Under the pieces are notes generated by a model that was not told where the DNA came from, did not search any database, and worked only from the letters and a program-made list of their open reading frames with translations. 64,000 nucleotides of DNA from Gammaproteobacteria bacterium (GTDB lineage: Bacteria > Pseudomonadota > Gammaproteobacteria > Nitrosococcales > Methylophagaceae). The stretch's first letter is position 1, and each line of letters begins with the position of its first letter. The position numbers and the translations under genes are program-made. Below are positions 8,477-17,931 of this stretch, piece after piece. The DNA is taken from assembly GCA_029210875.1 (NCBI GenBank), contig JARGFJ010000002.1, positions 5,689-69,688 of the forward strand. The letters are read 5' to 3'.

Positions 8477-9625
8477 CTATTGTTGGTGTGTGTATAGTTG
8501 TGATGTATCAGCTGTAACTGACAGTTTTCCATTTAGGAATTGCTGTAGATGATGCCCGACAATCTCATTGCGCCAACCTTGCGTGATAGGCAAATCGTGT
8601 TCACCTGAAACTAAACGCTCAATATCTTTACGTGTAGCAACTGCGCTGGGCGCAATTGACTGTTCATCACATAGTTTACGAAGTAATGCTAATAATGCAT
8701 CAACGACGGCATCTTGTTGATTGGTTAAAGGTTGTGGTTTTTTCAATATTGGCCATTGTTCCTGGGGTAATGCTTTTGCGTGTTTGATTTCATCTAATAG
8801 ACGTTTACCATGGCGTTCGATAACATTATTTTCTAAACCACGTACCATACTGAATTTTTCAAGAGAATCAGGAGCGAGTTTGGCAAGATCAATTAAAACG
8901 TCGTCTTTTACTATCCAACGACGTGGACGATTTGATTGAAGTGCTCGCTGTTCGCGCCAGGCCGCAAGTCGTTGCAGGACAGCGAGTTGAATACCTTTTA
9001 AACGACCAGCCCCTTTAATTTTCCGCCAAATTGTTTCTGGTTCTGGTTTAAATGAATCACTATTGGTTAAGGTAGCAAAATCATCATCTAACCAATGAAG
9101 GCGGTTTTTTTGGTCTAATTCCTGATTGAGTAACTTATATACATCACGTAAATAACGTACATCATCTGCAGCATAGTCAATTTGTGCCGGATCAAGTGGA
9201 CGTTTGGTCCAATCGGTACGTGAATGGGCTTTATCAAGATCGACATCAAGACACATTTTGACCAAGTTGCCATAGCCCACTTGTTCACCATAACCTAACA
9301 CTGTGGCGGCTAGTTGAGTGTCAAATATAGGGGCAGGTAAACTGTCACGAAGTAAGTAAAATAGTTCAAGATCTTGTCTGGCTGCATGAAAAACAACGGT
9401 GACATTTGGATCATAAAAGATGTCGAGAATGGGGTTTAAATCATCAAGCACCAATGGATCGATACAGGCAATATAGTCATCATTTGCCACTTGAATTAGG
9501 CAAAGCTGTGGATAATATGTTTTTTCACGAAGAAACTCAGTATCAACCGCTAACCAAGGACTATGAGCAATGCGCTGACAGAAGTCGATAAGGTGTGCTT
9601 GTTCGTTGATATATTCAACTGTCAT
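8477..9625 (-). CDS. rnd: ribonuclease D
   Basis: 382 aa. DEDDy exonuclease motifs 'LAVDTEF' and 'HAARQDLE', 'YAADDVRYL', and an HRDC region. Confidence 0.9.
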   Translation of the reverse strand: MTVEYINEQAHLIDFCQRIAHSPWLAVDTEFLREKTYYPQLCLIQVANDDYIACIDPLVLDDLNPILDIFYDPNVTVVFHAARQDLELFYLLRDSLPAPIFDTQLAATVLGYGEQVGYGNLVKMCLDVDLDKAHSRTDWTKRPLDPAQIDYAADDVRYLRDVYKLLNQELDQKNRLHWLDDDFATLTNSDSFKPEPETIWRKIKGAGRLKGIQLAVLQRLAAWREQRALQSNRPRRWIVKDDVLIDLAKLAPDSLEKFSMVRGLENNVIERHGKRLLDEIKHAKALPQEQWPILKKPQPLTNQQDAVVDALLALLRKLCDEQSIAPSAVATRKDIERLVSGEHDLPITQGWRNEIVGHHLQQFLNGKLSVTADTSQLYTHQQ

Positions 9626-9663
9626 GAAGGCTCTACTTGCAAAAATAAGACAGTATACGCGTT

Positions 9664-10554
9664 TTAGGGCGATTTTATGAGCTGAGCCAAGTCAATCACA
9701 TTTGCAATAGCATCTACAATGATCTCAGGTTGATCTTTCGGCACATCATGTCCACTGTGATTGGCAAATATTTGTTGACTGATCGGCGATAAATGCGTTA
9801 GATCTCGTTGTAAATTTATCCAAATCTTTTCTCGCTTTGTTGCATTTTCATTGCCATACCACTCAGGCTGGCCTCTACTGATAACAATCAATGGCACAGT
9901 AGGAATCGCGCCTGACTGTTCGACTTGATGTGAACTTTGAGATAAAGCTGCTATTTCATAACTTGCAGATCGAAATGCACGATCACGCAAACTATAGTCT
10001 TTAGGATCGCCAGCATTCATTTTATCCAATGGTATCGTTACAAAAATATTACGTTGACCTTTATCAGGCGGTGGTAACTTGATATCAAGCTGATCGTATT
10101 GATGTTCATGTGACGCTTCAACTAACACTAAACCTGCCACATCGTCTGGATGTTCAGAAGCAAAAAGTCTCATGTTATAACCACCAAATGAGTGACCGAC
10201 GAGAACATAAGGTGGCGATAAGCGAGCTTTGTGTAACAGTAAGTTTAGTTCGTGAGCAATGCGCCGACTGGTCCGTGGTCTAGGACCAACATCGCTCCAG
10301 CCGTAACCGGGACGATCGTATACACAGGTTTGAGTTTTGTTAGATGCACTTTTGACAATATCTTGCCAATCCCATGAATCATCACCAAGACCAGCATCGA
10401 TAATCACCGTTGGAGCACCGTGACCTTGGCAATAAAGATGTACTTTATAGCCCCCAATATCGTAGCGAGTCCCTAGAATAGGAGGCAGTTCCTTGGCTAA
10501 AGCTACAGCTGGCAGCTCGATGAGAAGCAACAACAAACTCACGATTATGCTCAT
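9664..10554 (-). CDS. secreted alpha/beta-fold hydrolase
   Basis: N-terminal signal peptide. Nucleophile elbow 'GHSFGG'. C-terminal 'HSGHD', consistent with the catalytic His. Confidence 0.75.
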   Translation of the reverse strand: MSIIVSLLLLLIELPAVALAKELPPILGTRYDIGGYKVHLYCQGHGAPTVIIDAGLGDDSWDWQDIVKSASNKTQTCVYDRPGYGWSDVGPRPRTSRRIAHELNLLLHKARLSPPYVLVGHSFGGYNMRLFASEHPDDVAGLVLVEASHEHQYDQLDIKLPPPDKGQRNIFVTIPLDKMNAGDPKDYSLRDRAFRSASYEIAALSQSSHQVEQSGAIPTVPLIVISRGQPEWYGNENATKREKIWINLQRDLTHLSPISQQIFANHSGHDVPKDQPEIIVDAIANVIDLAQLIKSP

Positions 10555-10793
10555 AATGTCCCCTTTTACAGTTACCTGAATATAGATACATCAGCTTGAA
10601 CAAAGTTCATCTTAGCTGAAATGGCAACTATGAAAGATAAGAGGATCAGTAAGATTAATTCTAACTACTGTGCGACTGTTTTTTTGCAAACCGGCAATTT
10701 AAAACAATAAAAAGGTACTAGTTGGAATCGCCTCTAAAGCTAGTTATAGTGGGAGATAAGCTAAGGTTTTTGTTGGGTTAAATTTTCAACTTA

Positions 10794-10822
10794 TTGATAA
10801 ATAATGATATTTTGTGTATAAT
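10794..10822 (+). promoter_or_regulatory. near-consensus sigma70 promoter upstream of ectA
   Basis: TTGATA (10794-10799), a 17-nt spacer, then TATAAT (10817-10822), about 290 nt upstream of the ectA ATG. Confidence 0.45.
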
Positions 10823-11113
10823 GTGCTCTTCATTGAATAATTTAGTAGGTTAGTCCTATCTCTTACCCCGCTGTATTTACGACATTTTTATCTGTTTTTT
10901 GTAGCAATTCACATTGCGATCTTGTTCGATCGTACAAAGCCACTGCTCCACCTCTTTTAAGACGTATTAAACGTGATTTATACGTTTAGAATGCTACACG
11001 CTTCTAGATGTGATTCATCAGCACGTAACATAATTTACGATATCTTTAATTTTATAATATTTTCAGCGTAATCAAGCGTTGATTGTTTTCATCACAACAA
11101 AACAAGAGTCCAC

Positions 11114-11668
11114 ATGGAATCCGAAATTAGCAGGACCGATGATAAATTAGTTTTTCGTCACCCCAAACTTGATGATGGCTATGCTATTTATCAATTGATA
11201 AAACGCTGTCCACCACTCGACTTAAATTCGTCTTATCTTTATTTTTTACAAGCCGATCATTTCTCAGATACATGTGTCATTGCGCTAAGTAATGACAAGG
11301 TTGTTGGATTTATTTCGGCATATAGACATCCTAAAAATAAAAACCAGTTATTTGTCTGGCAAGTTGCTGTGGATGCCACGATCAGAGGAAAACAAGCAGG
11401 TTTGCAATTGCTTGAACAATTAGTCGTTCAACAACAGTCTGCTGAGGTAACAAGCATATCGGCAACAATCAGCCCTTCTAACATTGCATCACAAAAACTT
11501 TTTCAGCGATTTACAAATCGTCATAACTTGATGATTACAAAACAGCCTTATCTTCTAGAGTGTCATTTTGCTGACTTAGGTCATGAAGCAGAAGAGCTAT
11601 ATCTGATTTCTGCGACTAATAATCAACCATTACCATTACTTCTAACAACCGAATTAAACAAGGTATAA
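11114..11668 (+). CDS. ectA: L-2,4-diaminobutyrate acetyltransferase
   Basis: 184-aa GNAT-type ORF directly preceding ectB and ectC. 'FVWQVAVD...RGKQAG' matches EctA. Confidence 0.88.
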   Translation: MESEISRTDDKLVFRHPKLDDGYAIYQLIKRCPPLDLNSSYLYFLQADHFSDTCVIALSNDKVVGFISAYRHPKNKNQLFVWQVAVDATIRGKQAGLQLLEQLVVQQQSAEVTSISATISPSNIASQKLFQRFTNRHNLMITKQPYLLECHFADLGHEAEELYLISATNNQPLPLLLTTELNKV

Positions 11669-11670
11669 CA

Positions 11671-12942
11671 ATGTCTTTAGCCATTTTTGATCAATATGAA
11701 TCTGAGGTACGCGGATATGTGCGTGCTTTTCCAACCATGTTTGAAAAGTCCAAAGGTGCAGAAATATGGGGCGTAGATGGTAAACGCTATGTCGATTTCT
11801 TTGCTGGAGCAGGTGCACTCAATTACGGTCATAACAATAGCGTTATCAATGATGCGGTCATTAAGTACATTCAAAGCGATGGCATTGGTCATGCGCTAGA
11901 TATGGGAACAGTAGCCAAGCATGATTTTATCGAAGCGTTTGTTAACAATATCCTCAAACCTAGAAACTTAGATTACAAATTACAGTTTGTTGGGCCGACT
12001 GGCACCAATGCAATTGAAAGTGCCTTGAAATTGGCTCGTAAAATTAAAAAACGTAAGCAAGTCATGTCATTCACCAACGGCTTTCACGGCATGTCAATGG
12101 GATCGCTCAGTATTACCGGCAACAGTTATTATCATGATGACAATTATGGTGTGCCGGCCTATACCACTCAGGTGCCATTTCACAATTATTTAGGCGATCA
12201 GGTTAATACGGTTGCTTACCTTCGGAAGATTTTAGAGGATGCCTCTAGTGGTACCGATTTGCCAGCAGCTATTGTTTTGGAAACAATTCAGGCTGAAGGT
12301 GGAATCAATGTAGCTGGTGAAGAGTGGCTGCGTGAAGTCAGAAAAATATGTGATGATTTTGACATTCTGATGATTGTTGATGATATTCAAACAGGTAATG
12401 GACGAACAGGCGACTTTTTCAGCTTTGAACGGGCTGGTATTGAACCTGATATCGTGACTTTATCTAAATCAATTGGTGCGGGTCATCCAATGTCAATGGT
12501 ATTGATTAAGCCTGAATTAGATCAATGGAGTCCCGGCCAACATTCAGGAACGTTCCGCGGTAATAACCTGGCTTTTGTCGCTTCGACAGCAGCATTAAAT
12601 CATTATTGGTCTGATACTAAATTTTCAGATGAAATTAAACAAAAGGCGATCTTGGTTGAATCAAAGATGCGTTATTTGGCGGGTAAATATGCTGAGTACG
12701 TAGTGGATGTCAGAGGTTGCGGTATGATTTGGGGGTTGGAGTTTAAGTCTCCCGATATTACGTCAAAAGTATGCAGTATTGCATTTGATAATGGCTTGGT
12801 TATTGAAACGGCTGGTTCAGAAGATCAAGTTGTTAAATTCCTGGGGCCACTGATCATTAGCAATGAATTAATTGAAGAAGGATTTAGTATTTTAGATGAG
12901 GCAATCACTGAGGCGTTATCAGATATGGAGGTGACAGCATGA
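11671..12942 (+). CDS. ectB: diaminobutyrate--2-oxoglutarate transaminase
   Basis: 423 aa. The N-terminus 'FDQYESEVRGYVRAFP' is typical of EctB. Class III aminotransferase with 'DDIQTGNGRTG' and the PLP lysine in 'TLSKSIG'. Confidence 0.93.
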   Translation: MSLAIFDQYESEVRGYVRAFPTMFEKSKGAEIWGVDGKRYVDFFAGAGALNYGHNNSVINDAVIKYIQSDGIGHALDMGTVAKHDFIEAFVNNILKPRNLDYKLQFVGPTGTNAIESALKLARKIKKRKQVMSFTNGFHGMSMGSLSITGNSYYHDDNYGVPAYTTQVPFHNYLGDQVNTVAYLRKILEDASSGTDLPAAIVLETIQAEGGINVAGEEWLREVRKICDDFDILMIVDDIQTGNGRTGDFFSFERAGIEPDIVTLSKSIGAGHPMSMVLIKPELDQWSPGQHSGTFRGNNLAFVASTAALNHYWSDTKFSDEIKQKAILVESKMRYLAGKYAEYVVDVRGCGMIWGLEFKSPDITSKVCSIAFDNGLVIETAGSEDQVVKFLGPLIISNELIEEGFSILDEAITEALSDMEVTA

Positions 12943-13334
12943 TCGTTAAAAATTTATATGATGATGTGATTAACACCGACGCCGATGTTGATACTGCTCA
13001 ATGGAACAGTCGTCGTTTATTGCTTGCAAGTGATGGCATGAGGTTTTCATTGCATGACACTATTATCAAAGAAGGTGAAGACTTACATCTTTGGTATAAA
13101 AACCATCTTGAAGCGGTGTATTGCATTGAAGGTGAAGGTGAGATTGTCGAGAAAAATGACGGCATGGTTCATCCCATTAAAGAAGGTACCGTCTATGCGT
13201 TGAATGAGCATGATCAGCATATTTTACGAGCGAATAAAGGTGTAAATATGCGGATGGTGTGTGTGTTTAATCCCCCAGTGACTGGACGTGAAGTGCATGA
13301 TGAAGATGGTTCGTATTCACTGGTTGAAGATTGA
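12939..13334 (+). CDS. ectC: L-ectoine synthase
   Basis: 131-aa cupin. 'MIVKNL', 'WNSRRLLL', 'LWYKNHLEAVYCIEGEGEI' and 'MVCVFNPPVTGRE' are EctC hallmarks. Confidence 0.93.
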   Translation: MIVKNLYDDVINTDADVDTAQWNSRRLLLASDGMRFSLHDTIIKEGEDLHLWYKNHLEAVYCIEGEGEIVEKNDGMVHPIKEGTVYALNEHDQHILRANKGVNMRMVCVFNPPVTGREVHDEDGSYSLVED

Positions 13335-13378
13335 ACCAATTATCTTGCTCAATAAATAAACATACAAATAAAGGAATC

Positions 13379-14809
13379 ATGACTACTTTAACCGTTGAAA
13401 AAATTGGTGGGACGTCGATGAGTCAATACCACGCTGTCAAAGACAATATTATTTTATATCCAGAGAATCGATATAACAGGATATTTGTTGTGTCAGCTTA
13501 TGCTGGCATAACCGATGCTTTGCTGGAACAAAAGAAAACTGGACAACCCGGTGTTTATGCTTTGTTTGCTAATGATGATGTAGATAGTGATTGGCAACAA
13601 GCGCTTGATCAATTGAGTATTAACTTCACTAAAATTAATGCACAGTTATTTACAAATGCTTCTCTAAGAGCCAAGGCAGATCAGTTTATTGGTGAACGAA
13701 TCGCTAAAACCAAGCAATTGCTTAATCATTTGCAGGAAGTCTGTAGCCATGGTCATTTTGCCCTTGAAAGTCACTTATTGACCGTGAGAGAGCTATTAGC
13801 CAGTATTGGTGAAGCACATAGCGCGTGGAATTTAGCTCATTTGTTACAAACAGAAGGAATTAATGCTGTTTTTATTGATCTATCTGGCTGGGAAACCAAT
13901 GAAACACTGCCATTAGATCAACTAATCCAAAACCAAATAGGGACACTCGATGTAAGCCAGGTTTTACCTATTGTGACGGGGTATGCACATTGTCAGGAAA
14001 ACCTGATGAATACCTTTGATCGTGGTTATAGTGAGATGACCTTTAGTCGTATTGCGGTTTTACGCAATGCCAGTGAAGCTGTAATCCATAAGGAATACCA
14101 TTTAAGTAGTGCCGACCCACGGTTGGTTGGTGAGAGTAACGTTATTCCAATTGGTAAAACCAATTATGACATTGCTGATCAGTTGGCTAACCTGGGCATG
14201 GAAGCTATTCACCCTCGTGCTGCGAAAGGCCTTCGTCAGGCAAAGATTCCATTACGAATAAAAAATACCTTTGAACCACATCATCATGGTACGTTGATTA
14301 CCGATGATTATGTGTCAGAACAACCACAGGTTGAAATCATTGCCGGTATGAAAAATTTGATTGCACTTGAAGTATTTGATCAGGACATGTTGGGTCAGCA
14401 AGCTCATTATGAAAAAGAGTTATTAAACATTGTCCAACGTCTCAATTGCCGAGTGGTCACCAAAGATTTTAATGCTAATACGATTACGCTGTATGTTAAT
14501 GCCAGTTTGAGCAAAGTGCAGGCATTAGCGCTACAAGTTGAGCAGACTTTGACTGGCACCACAGTCAGTACCCGTAAATTGTCTTTAGTTTCGGCTATGG
14601 GCAGTGATATGGCAATTCAAGGTCTATTATCGCGCTCAATCGGCACGTTGTATGAACAAGGCATTAATATCGAAGCCATACATCAAAATACACGACAAGT
14701 TGAAATGCAATTTATGGTTAACGAAGACGAATATGAATCGGCAGTACGTGCGATTCATGCCAATTTAATCGAAGTACATGATCATGGACTAGCAATATGC
14801 GAACATTAA
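13379..14809 (+). CDS. ask: ectoine-associated aspartokinase
   Basis: 'MTTLTVEKIGGTSM' is an aspartokinase N-terminus, with C-terminal ACT-like repeats. AAAGGA RBS before the ATG at 13379. Positioned as in ectABC-ask operons. Confidence 0.85.
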   Translation: MTTLTVEKIGGTSMSQYHAVKDNIILYPENRYNRIFVVSAYAGITDALLEQKKTGQPGVYALFANDDVDSDWQQALDQLSINFTKINAQLFTNASLRAKADQFIGERIAKTKQLLNHLQEVCSHGHFALESHLLTVRELLASIGEAHSAWNLAHLLQTEGINAVFIDLSGWETNETLPLDQLIQNQIGTLDVSQVLPIVTGYAHCQENLMNTFDRGYSEMTFSRIAVLRNASEAVIHKEYHLSSADPRLVGESNVIPIGKTNYDIADQLANLGMEAIHPRAAKGLRQAKIPLRIKNTFEPHHHGTLITDDYVSEQPQVEIIAGMKNLIALEVFDQDMLGQQAHYEKELLNIVQRLNCRVVTKDFNANTITLYVNASLSKVQALALQVEQTLTGTTVSTRKLSLVSAMGSDMAIQGLLSRSIGTLYEQGINIEAIHQNTRQVEMQFMVNEDEYESAVRAIHANLIEVHDHGLAICEH

Positions 14810-14839
14810 TTTTGATTGGCTTGATGTGTTGGGCATTAT

Positions 14840-14866
14840 TACTTGAATCAAGCAACATCAAGTAAT
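14840..14866. terminator. hairpin between convergent ask and the glutaredoxin-like gene
   Basis: 8-bp stem TTACTTGA / TCAAGTAA with an 11-nt loop, nested in a longer imperfect repeat (CTTGATGTGTTG / CAACATCAAG). There is no strong T-run, so its function is uncertain. Confidence 0.35.
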
Positions 14867-14880
14867 GTGGGTATAGATTC

Positions 14881-15126
14881 TCACTCTGACAAGTCTATTA
14901 GTTTTGCTTCTAAATCGGCTTCAGAAAAAGGCCAATTAAATTCGGTGTCATCTTCAAACTGCACAACGGGAATCGTAATGCCGTAACGCTCAGTTAAGCT
15001 ATCATCATCGCCAATTTCTACATGGGTTATTGCCAAGGGATTATTAGTTGAGATCGATTGCAATATAGCATCAGCAAGCTCACATAAGTGACATCCGGCA
15101 GTGGTATATAAGGTGACTGCAATCAT
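14881..15126 (-). CDS. glutaredoxin-like small thioredoxin-fold protein
   Basis: 81 aa with an N-terminal 'CHLC' redox motif. Its start overlaps the moaB stop (ATGA). Confidence 0.7.
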   Translation of the reverse strand: MIAVTLYTTAGCHLCELADAILQSISTNNPLAITHVEIGDDDSLTERYGITIPVVQFEDDTEFNWPFSEADLEAKLIDLSE

Positions 15127-15638
15127 TTTTCTAATAATCGCGGCATGAGTTCAACAAAATTACAGGGACGATGGCGTATATCCAGTTGATCCTTCAGGAT
15201 CTCATCCCATGCGGTTTTACATGCACCTGAAGAACCTGGCAAGTTAAAGATAAAGGTCGCATTAGCCACACCGGCAACGGCACGAGACTGGATGGTTGAT
15301 GTACGAATATCTCTAAATGAGATTTGTCTAAACAATTCGCCAAACCCTTCAATTTCTTTATCAAATAATACTTTTACAGCCTCTGGTGTACCATCACGAC
15401 CAGTTAATCCTGTACCACCTGTGCTAATAATCGCATTGATATTAGGATCTGCAATCCACTGGGATACAATAGCCCTAATTTGATAAATATCATCAACCAC
15501 GATCTGTTGTGTAATAACGGAATGGCCTGCATCTAATACACGTTGTTTTAATAATCGACCTGAAGTGTCATCGTCACTAGTACGAGTATCAGAAATAGTC
15601 AGTAAAGCGATATTGACAGGAATAAATTGTTTTTCCAT
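15123..15638 (-). CDS. moaB: molybdenum cofactor biosynthesis protein B
   Basis: 'IALLTISDTR...DDTSG', 'ISTGGTGLTGRD', 'QSRAVAGV' and 'RPCNF' are colinear with E. coli MoaB. The ATG at 15638 is preferred over TTG 15665. Confidence 0.85.
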   Translation of the reverse strand: MEKQFIPVNIALLTISDTRTSDDDTSGRLLKQRVLDAGHSVITQQIVVDDIYQIRAIVSQWIADPNINAIISTGGTGLTGRDGTPEAVKVLFDKEIEGFGELFRQISFRDIRTSTIQSRAVAGVANATFIFNLPGSSGACKTAWDEILKDQLDIRHRPCNFVELMPRLLEK

Positions 15639-15735
15639 GAAATGTTTCTCAGTGAAGATAGTCAAAGCTAAGTATAGTTATTTGGCTGACTTATATCTAG
15701 AATATGAACGATTATTACGCATAGGAGTACCTGGA

Positions 15736-16419
15736 ATGAAAAAAGCAATATTAGCGACGGCAATGGTTACAATGATTAGTGCCTGTGCCACGGATGATCC
15801 TAATCAAAAAGCAAAAACAAGCGCGGCAATTGGAGCAGCAGCAGGTGCAATCATTGGTTATGCGATTGATGATGGTGCTGGTGGTGTTTTGGCTGGTGCT
15901 GCAGTAGGTGCAGCAGCTGGCGCTGGTATTGGTCACTATATGGATAAACAACAGCAAGAAATGGAAGCGGCCTTGGCAGATGAACAAGCGCAACATGATA
16001 TTGAAGTGCAACGTCTACAGGATGAAACGTTAAAAATCGATATTTCTAGTGAAATCTCATTTGATTTTGGAAGTGCAGCGCTTAAACCAGCATTTATCCC
16101 AACCTTACAAAAAGTAACCGATATTTTGGCTCGTTATCCAAAAACAGTGATTCATGTTGTAGGGCATACCGACAGTGTAGGTTCAGAAAGCTATAATAGG
16201 GATCTTTCTGAAAGACGTGCGCAATCAGTTGTCAATTATTTTTCAGGACAAGGTATCACCCCAAATCGTTTGGTTACAGTGGGCCGTGGTGAATTAGAAC
16301 CCCGTGCAAGCAATGATACCGAAGCAGGCCGTCAATTAAATCGTCGAGTAGAACTATATGTCAAACCAGTCATCGAAGGGCAAGAATCAGAAGCATACCA
16401 AACACCGCAGGGATACTAA
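15736..16419 (+). CDS. OmpA-family lipoprotein with a glycine-zipper region
   Basis: Lipobox 'MISAC'. A Gly/Ala-rich zipper. The C-terminal OmpA-like peptidoglycan-binding motif 'GHTDSVGSESYNRDLSERRAQSV...NRRVEL'. The ORF-track extension from 15565 is rejected. Confidence 0.8.
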   Translation: MKKAILATAMVTMISACATDDPNQKAKTSAAIGAAAGAIIGYAIDDGAGGVLAGAAVGAAAGAGIGHYMDKQQQEMEAALADEQAQHDIEVQRLQDETLKIDISSEISFDFGSAALKPAFIPTLQKVTDILARYPKTVIHVVGHTDSVGSESYNRDLSERRAQSVVNYFSGQGITPNRLVTVGRGELEPRASNDTEAGRQLNRRVELYVKPVIEGQESEAYQTPQGY

Positions 16420-17176
16420 ATCAGAAAGTCCAGCGATTAGAAATGATTTAATTTTTGGTTTGCATGCGATTCAAGCTGCACTTGAGGTGACTGAAACGCG
16501 AGTGCAAGAAATTTGGTTAGCAGATGAACGTGATGATGCCCGAATAGCAGCGATCATTGCTGCAGCACGAAAACACGGGATTTCGCCACATAAAGTTGAC
16601 CGAGATGAGTTAGATGAAATGGTACCAGAAGGGCGGCATCAAGGTGGTGTTGCACGATGTACACCACTAGGTAATTTAGATGAAGCAGATTTATTTCGGT
16701 TAATTGATAACCTAAATCAACCACCATTTCTGCTGATTTTAGATGGTGTACAAGATCCACATAATTTGGGTGCGTGTATGCGTACTGCAGAAGCCGCTGG
16801 TGTTCATGCTGTTGTTGCGCCTAAGGATCGTGCTTCATCAATAACCGCTACAGCATTGAAAGTATCGAGCGGTGCAGCAGAGCGACTGCCATTTGTACAA
16901 GTAACTAATTTAGCGCGTGTTTTGCGCGAATTGCAGCAAAAAGGAGTTTGGCTGGTAGGCACATCAGGTGATAGTGACATGACTCTTTACGGTGCTGATT
17001 TGAAAGGCCCATTGGCGATAGTTTTAGGTGCAGAAGGGCGCGGTATTCGCCGTTTAACAAGAGAAAACTGCGATCAGGTTATCTATATACCGATGCAAGG
17101 TGGTGCCGAAAGTTTGAATGTATCGGTGGCTGCTGGCGTCTGTTTGTTTGAGGCAGTAAGACAACGTAACTTGTGA
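16358..17176 (+). CDS. rlmB: 23S rRNA (guanosine-2'-O)-methyltransferase RlmB
   Basis: SpoU/TrmH motifs 'LDGVQDPHNLGACMRTA', 'LVLGAEGRGIR' and 'SLNVSVAAGV'. The only canonical start (ATG 16358) overlaps the upstream gene by 62 nt. Confidence 0.85.
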   Translation: MSNQSSKGKNQKHTKHRRDTKSESPAIRNDLIFGLHAIQAALEVTETRVQEIWLADERDDARIAAIIAAARKHGISPHKVDRDELDEMVPEGRHQGGVARCTPLGNLDEADLFRLIDNLNQPPFLLILDGVQDPHNLGACMRTAEAAGVHAVVAPKDRASSITATALKVSSGAAERLPFVQVTNLARVLRELQQKGVWLVGTSGDSDMTLYGADLKGPLAIVLGAEGRGIRRLTRENCDQVIYIPMQGGAESLNVSVAAGVCLFEAVRQRNL

Positions 17177-17282
17177 TTGTATAAACAAATAAAGTAAAAT
17201 TACCGATTGCCTTCGACGCTGAGGGTAAAACTCCTTGCCTCTAATCATTGGTTAGTGGCTGTTTAAACCGTGAGGAGCTCAA

Positions 17283-17636
17283 ATGAGACATTACGAAATC
17301 GTGTTTCTGGTCCACCCTGATCAGAGCGAACAAGTACCTGCGATGATTGAAAAATATCAGCAAGTATTGACGAGCCAAGGTGGTTCTATCCACCGTTTAG
17401 AAGACTGGGGCCGTCGTCAATTGGCTTACCCAATCAATAAAGTACACAAAGCACACTATGTTTTGATCAACGTTGAATGTGACGTTGCTCAGTTAAATGA
17501 AGTGACTACTGCTTTCCGTTTTAATGATGCGGTTATCCGTCATCTTGTTGTAAATGCTGATGAAGCAGTTACAGAACCATCTCCAATGATGCGTAAAGAT
17601 GATGAAGATAAATCACGTAATCGCAATAACGATTAA
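17283..17636 (+). CDS. rpsF: 30S ribosomal protein S6
   Basis: '[18 protein letters not shown]...[10 protein letters not shown]'. GAGGAG RBS. Confidence 0.95.
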   Translation: MRHYEIVFLVHPDQSEQVPAMIEKYQQVLTSQGGSIHRLEDWGRRQLAYPINKVHKAHYVLINVECDVAQLNEVTTAFRFNDAVIRHLVVNADEAVTEPSPMMRKDDEDKSRNRNND

Positions 17637-17654
17637 TTCACGAGGAGCATAACA

Positions 17655-17882
17655 ATGGCACGTTTTTTTAGACGTAGAAGATTTTGTCGCTTCACCGCAG
17701 AAGGTGTTAAGCAAATTGATTACAAAGATGTAAACCTTTTGAAAAACTACATCACAGAAACAGGAAAAATTGTTCCTAGCCGTATTACAGGTACGAAAGC
17801 ACGTTACCAACGTCAACTTTCAACCTGTGTAAAACGTGCGCGTTTCCTGGCGTTAATTCCTTACTGTGATATGCATAAGTAA
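17655..17882 (+). CDS. rpsR: 30S ribosomal protein S18
   Basis: '[14 protein letters not shown]...IDYKD...[19 protein letters not shown]'. Confidence 0.95.
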   Translation: MARFFRRRRFCRFTAEGVKQIDYKDVNLLKNYITETGKIVPSRITGTKARYQRQLSTCVKRARFLALIPYCDMHK

Positions 17883-17931
17883 GAAAGGTGTTATTAGACC
17901 AAACATCAAACCAAAATAAAGCGTAACGAAG

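Noticed and set aside
11040-11070. A second TATAAT box about 50 nt upstream of ectA
   Set aside because: No acceptable -35 hexamer lies at 16-18 nt spacing. In AT-rich DNA a lone TATAAT is expected by chance.
15565-15735. N-terminal 57-aa extension of the OmpA-family ORF
   Set aside because: The extension runs antisense through the moaB start. The lipoprotein signal peptide (MKKAIL...ISAC) begins at ATG 15736.
17177-17282. An S6:S18-binding leader structure upstream of rpsF
   Set aside because: It is plausible from the literature, but I could not identify the conserved fold by eye. It needs a covariance-model search.
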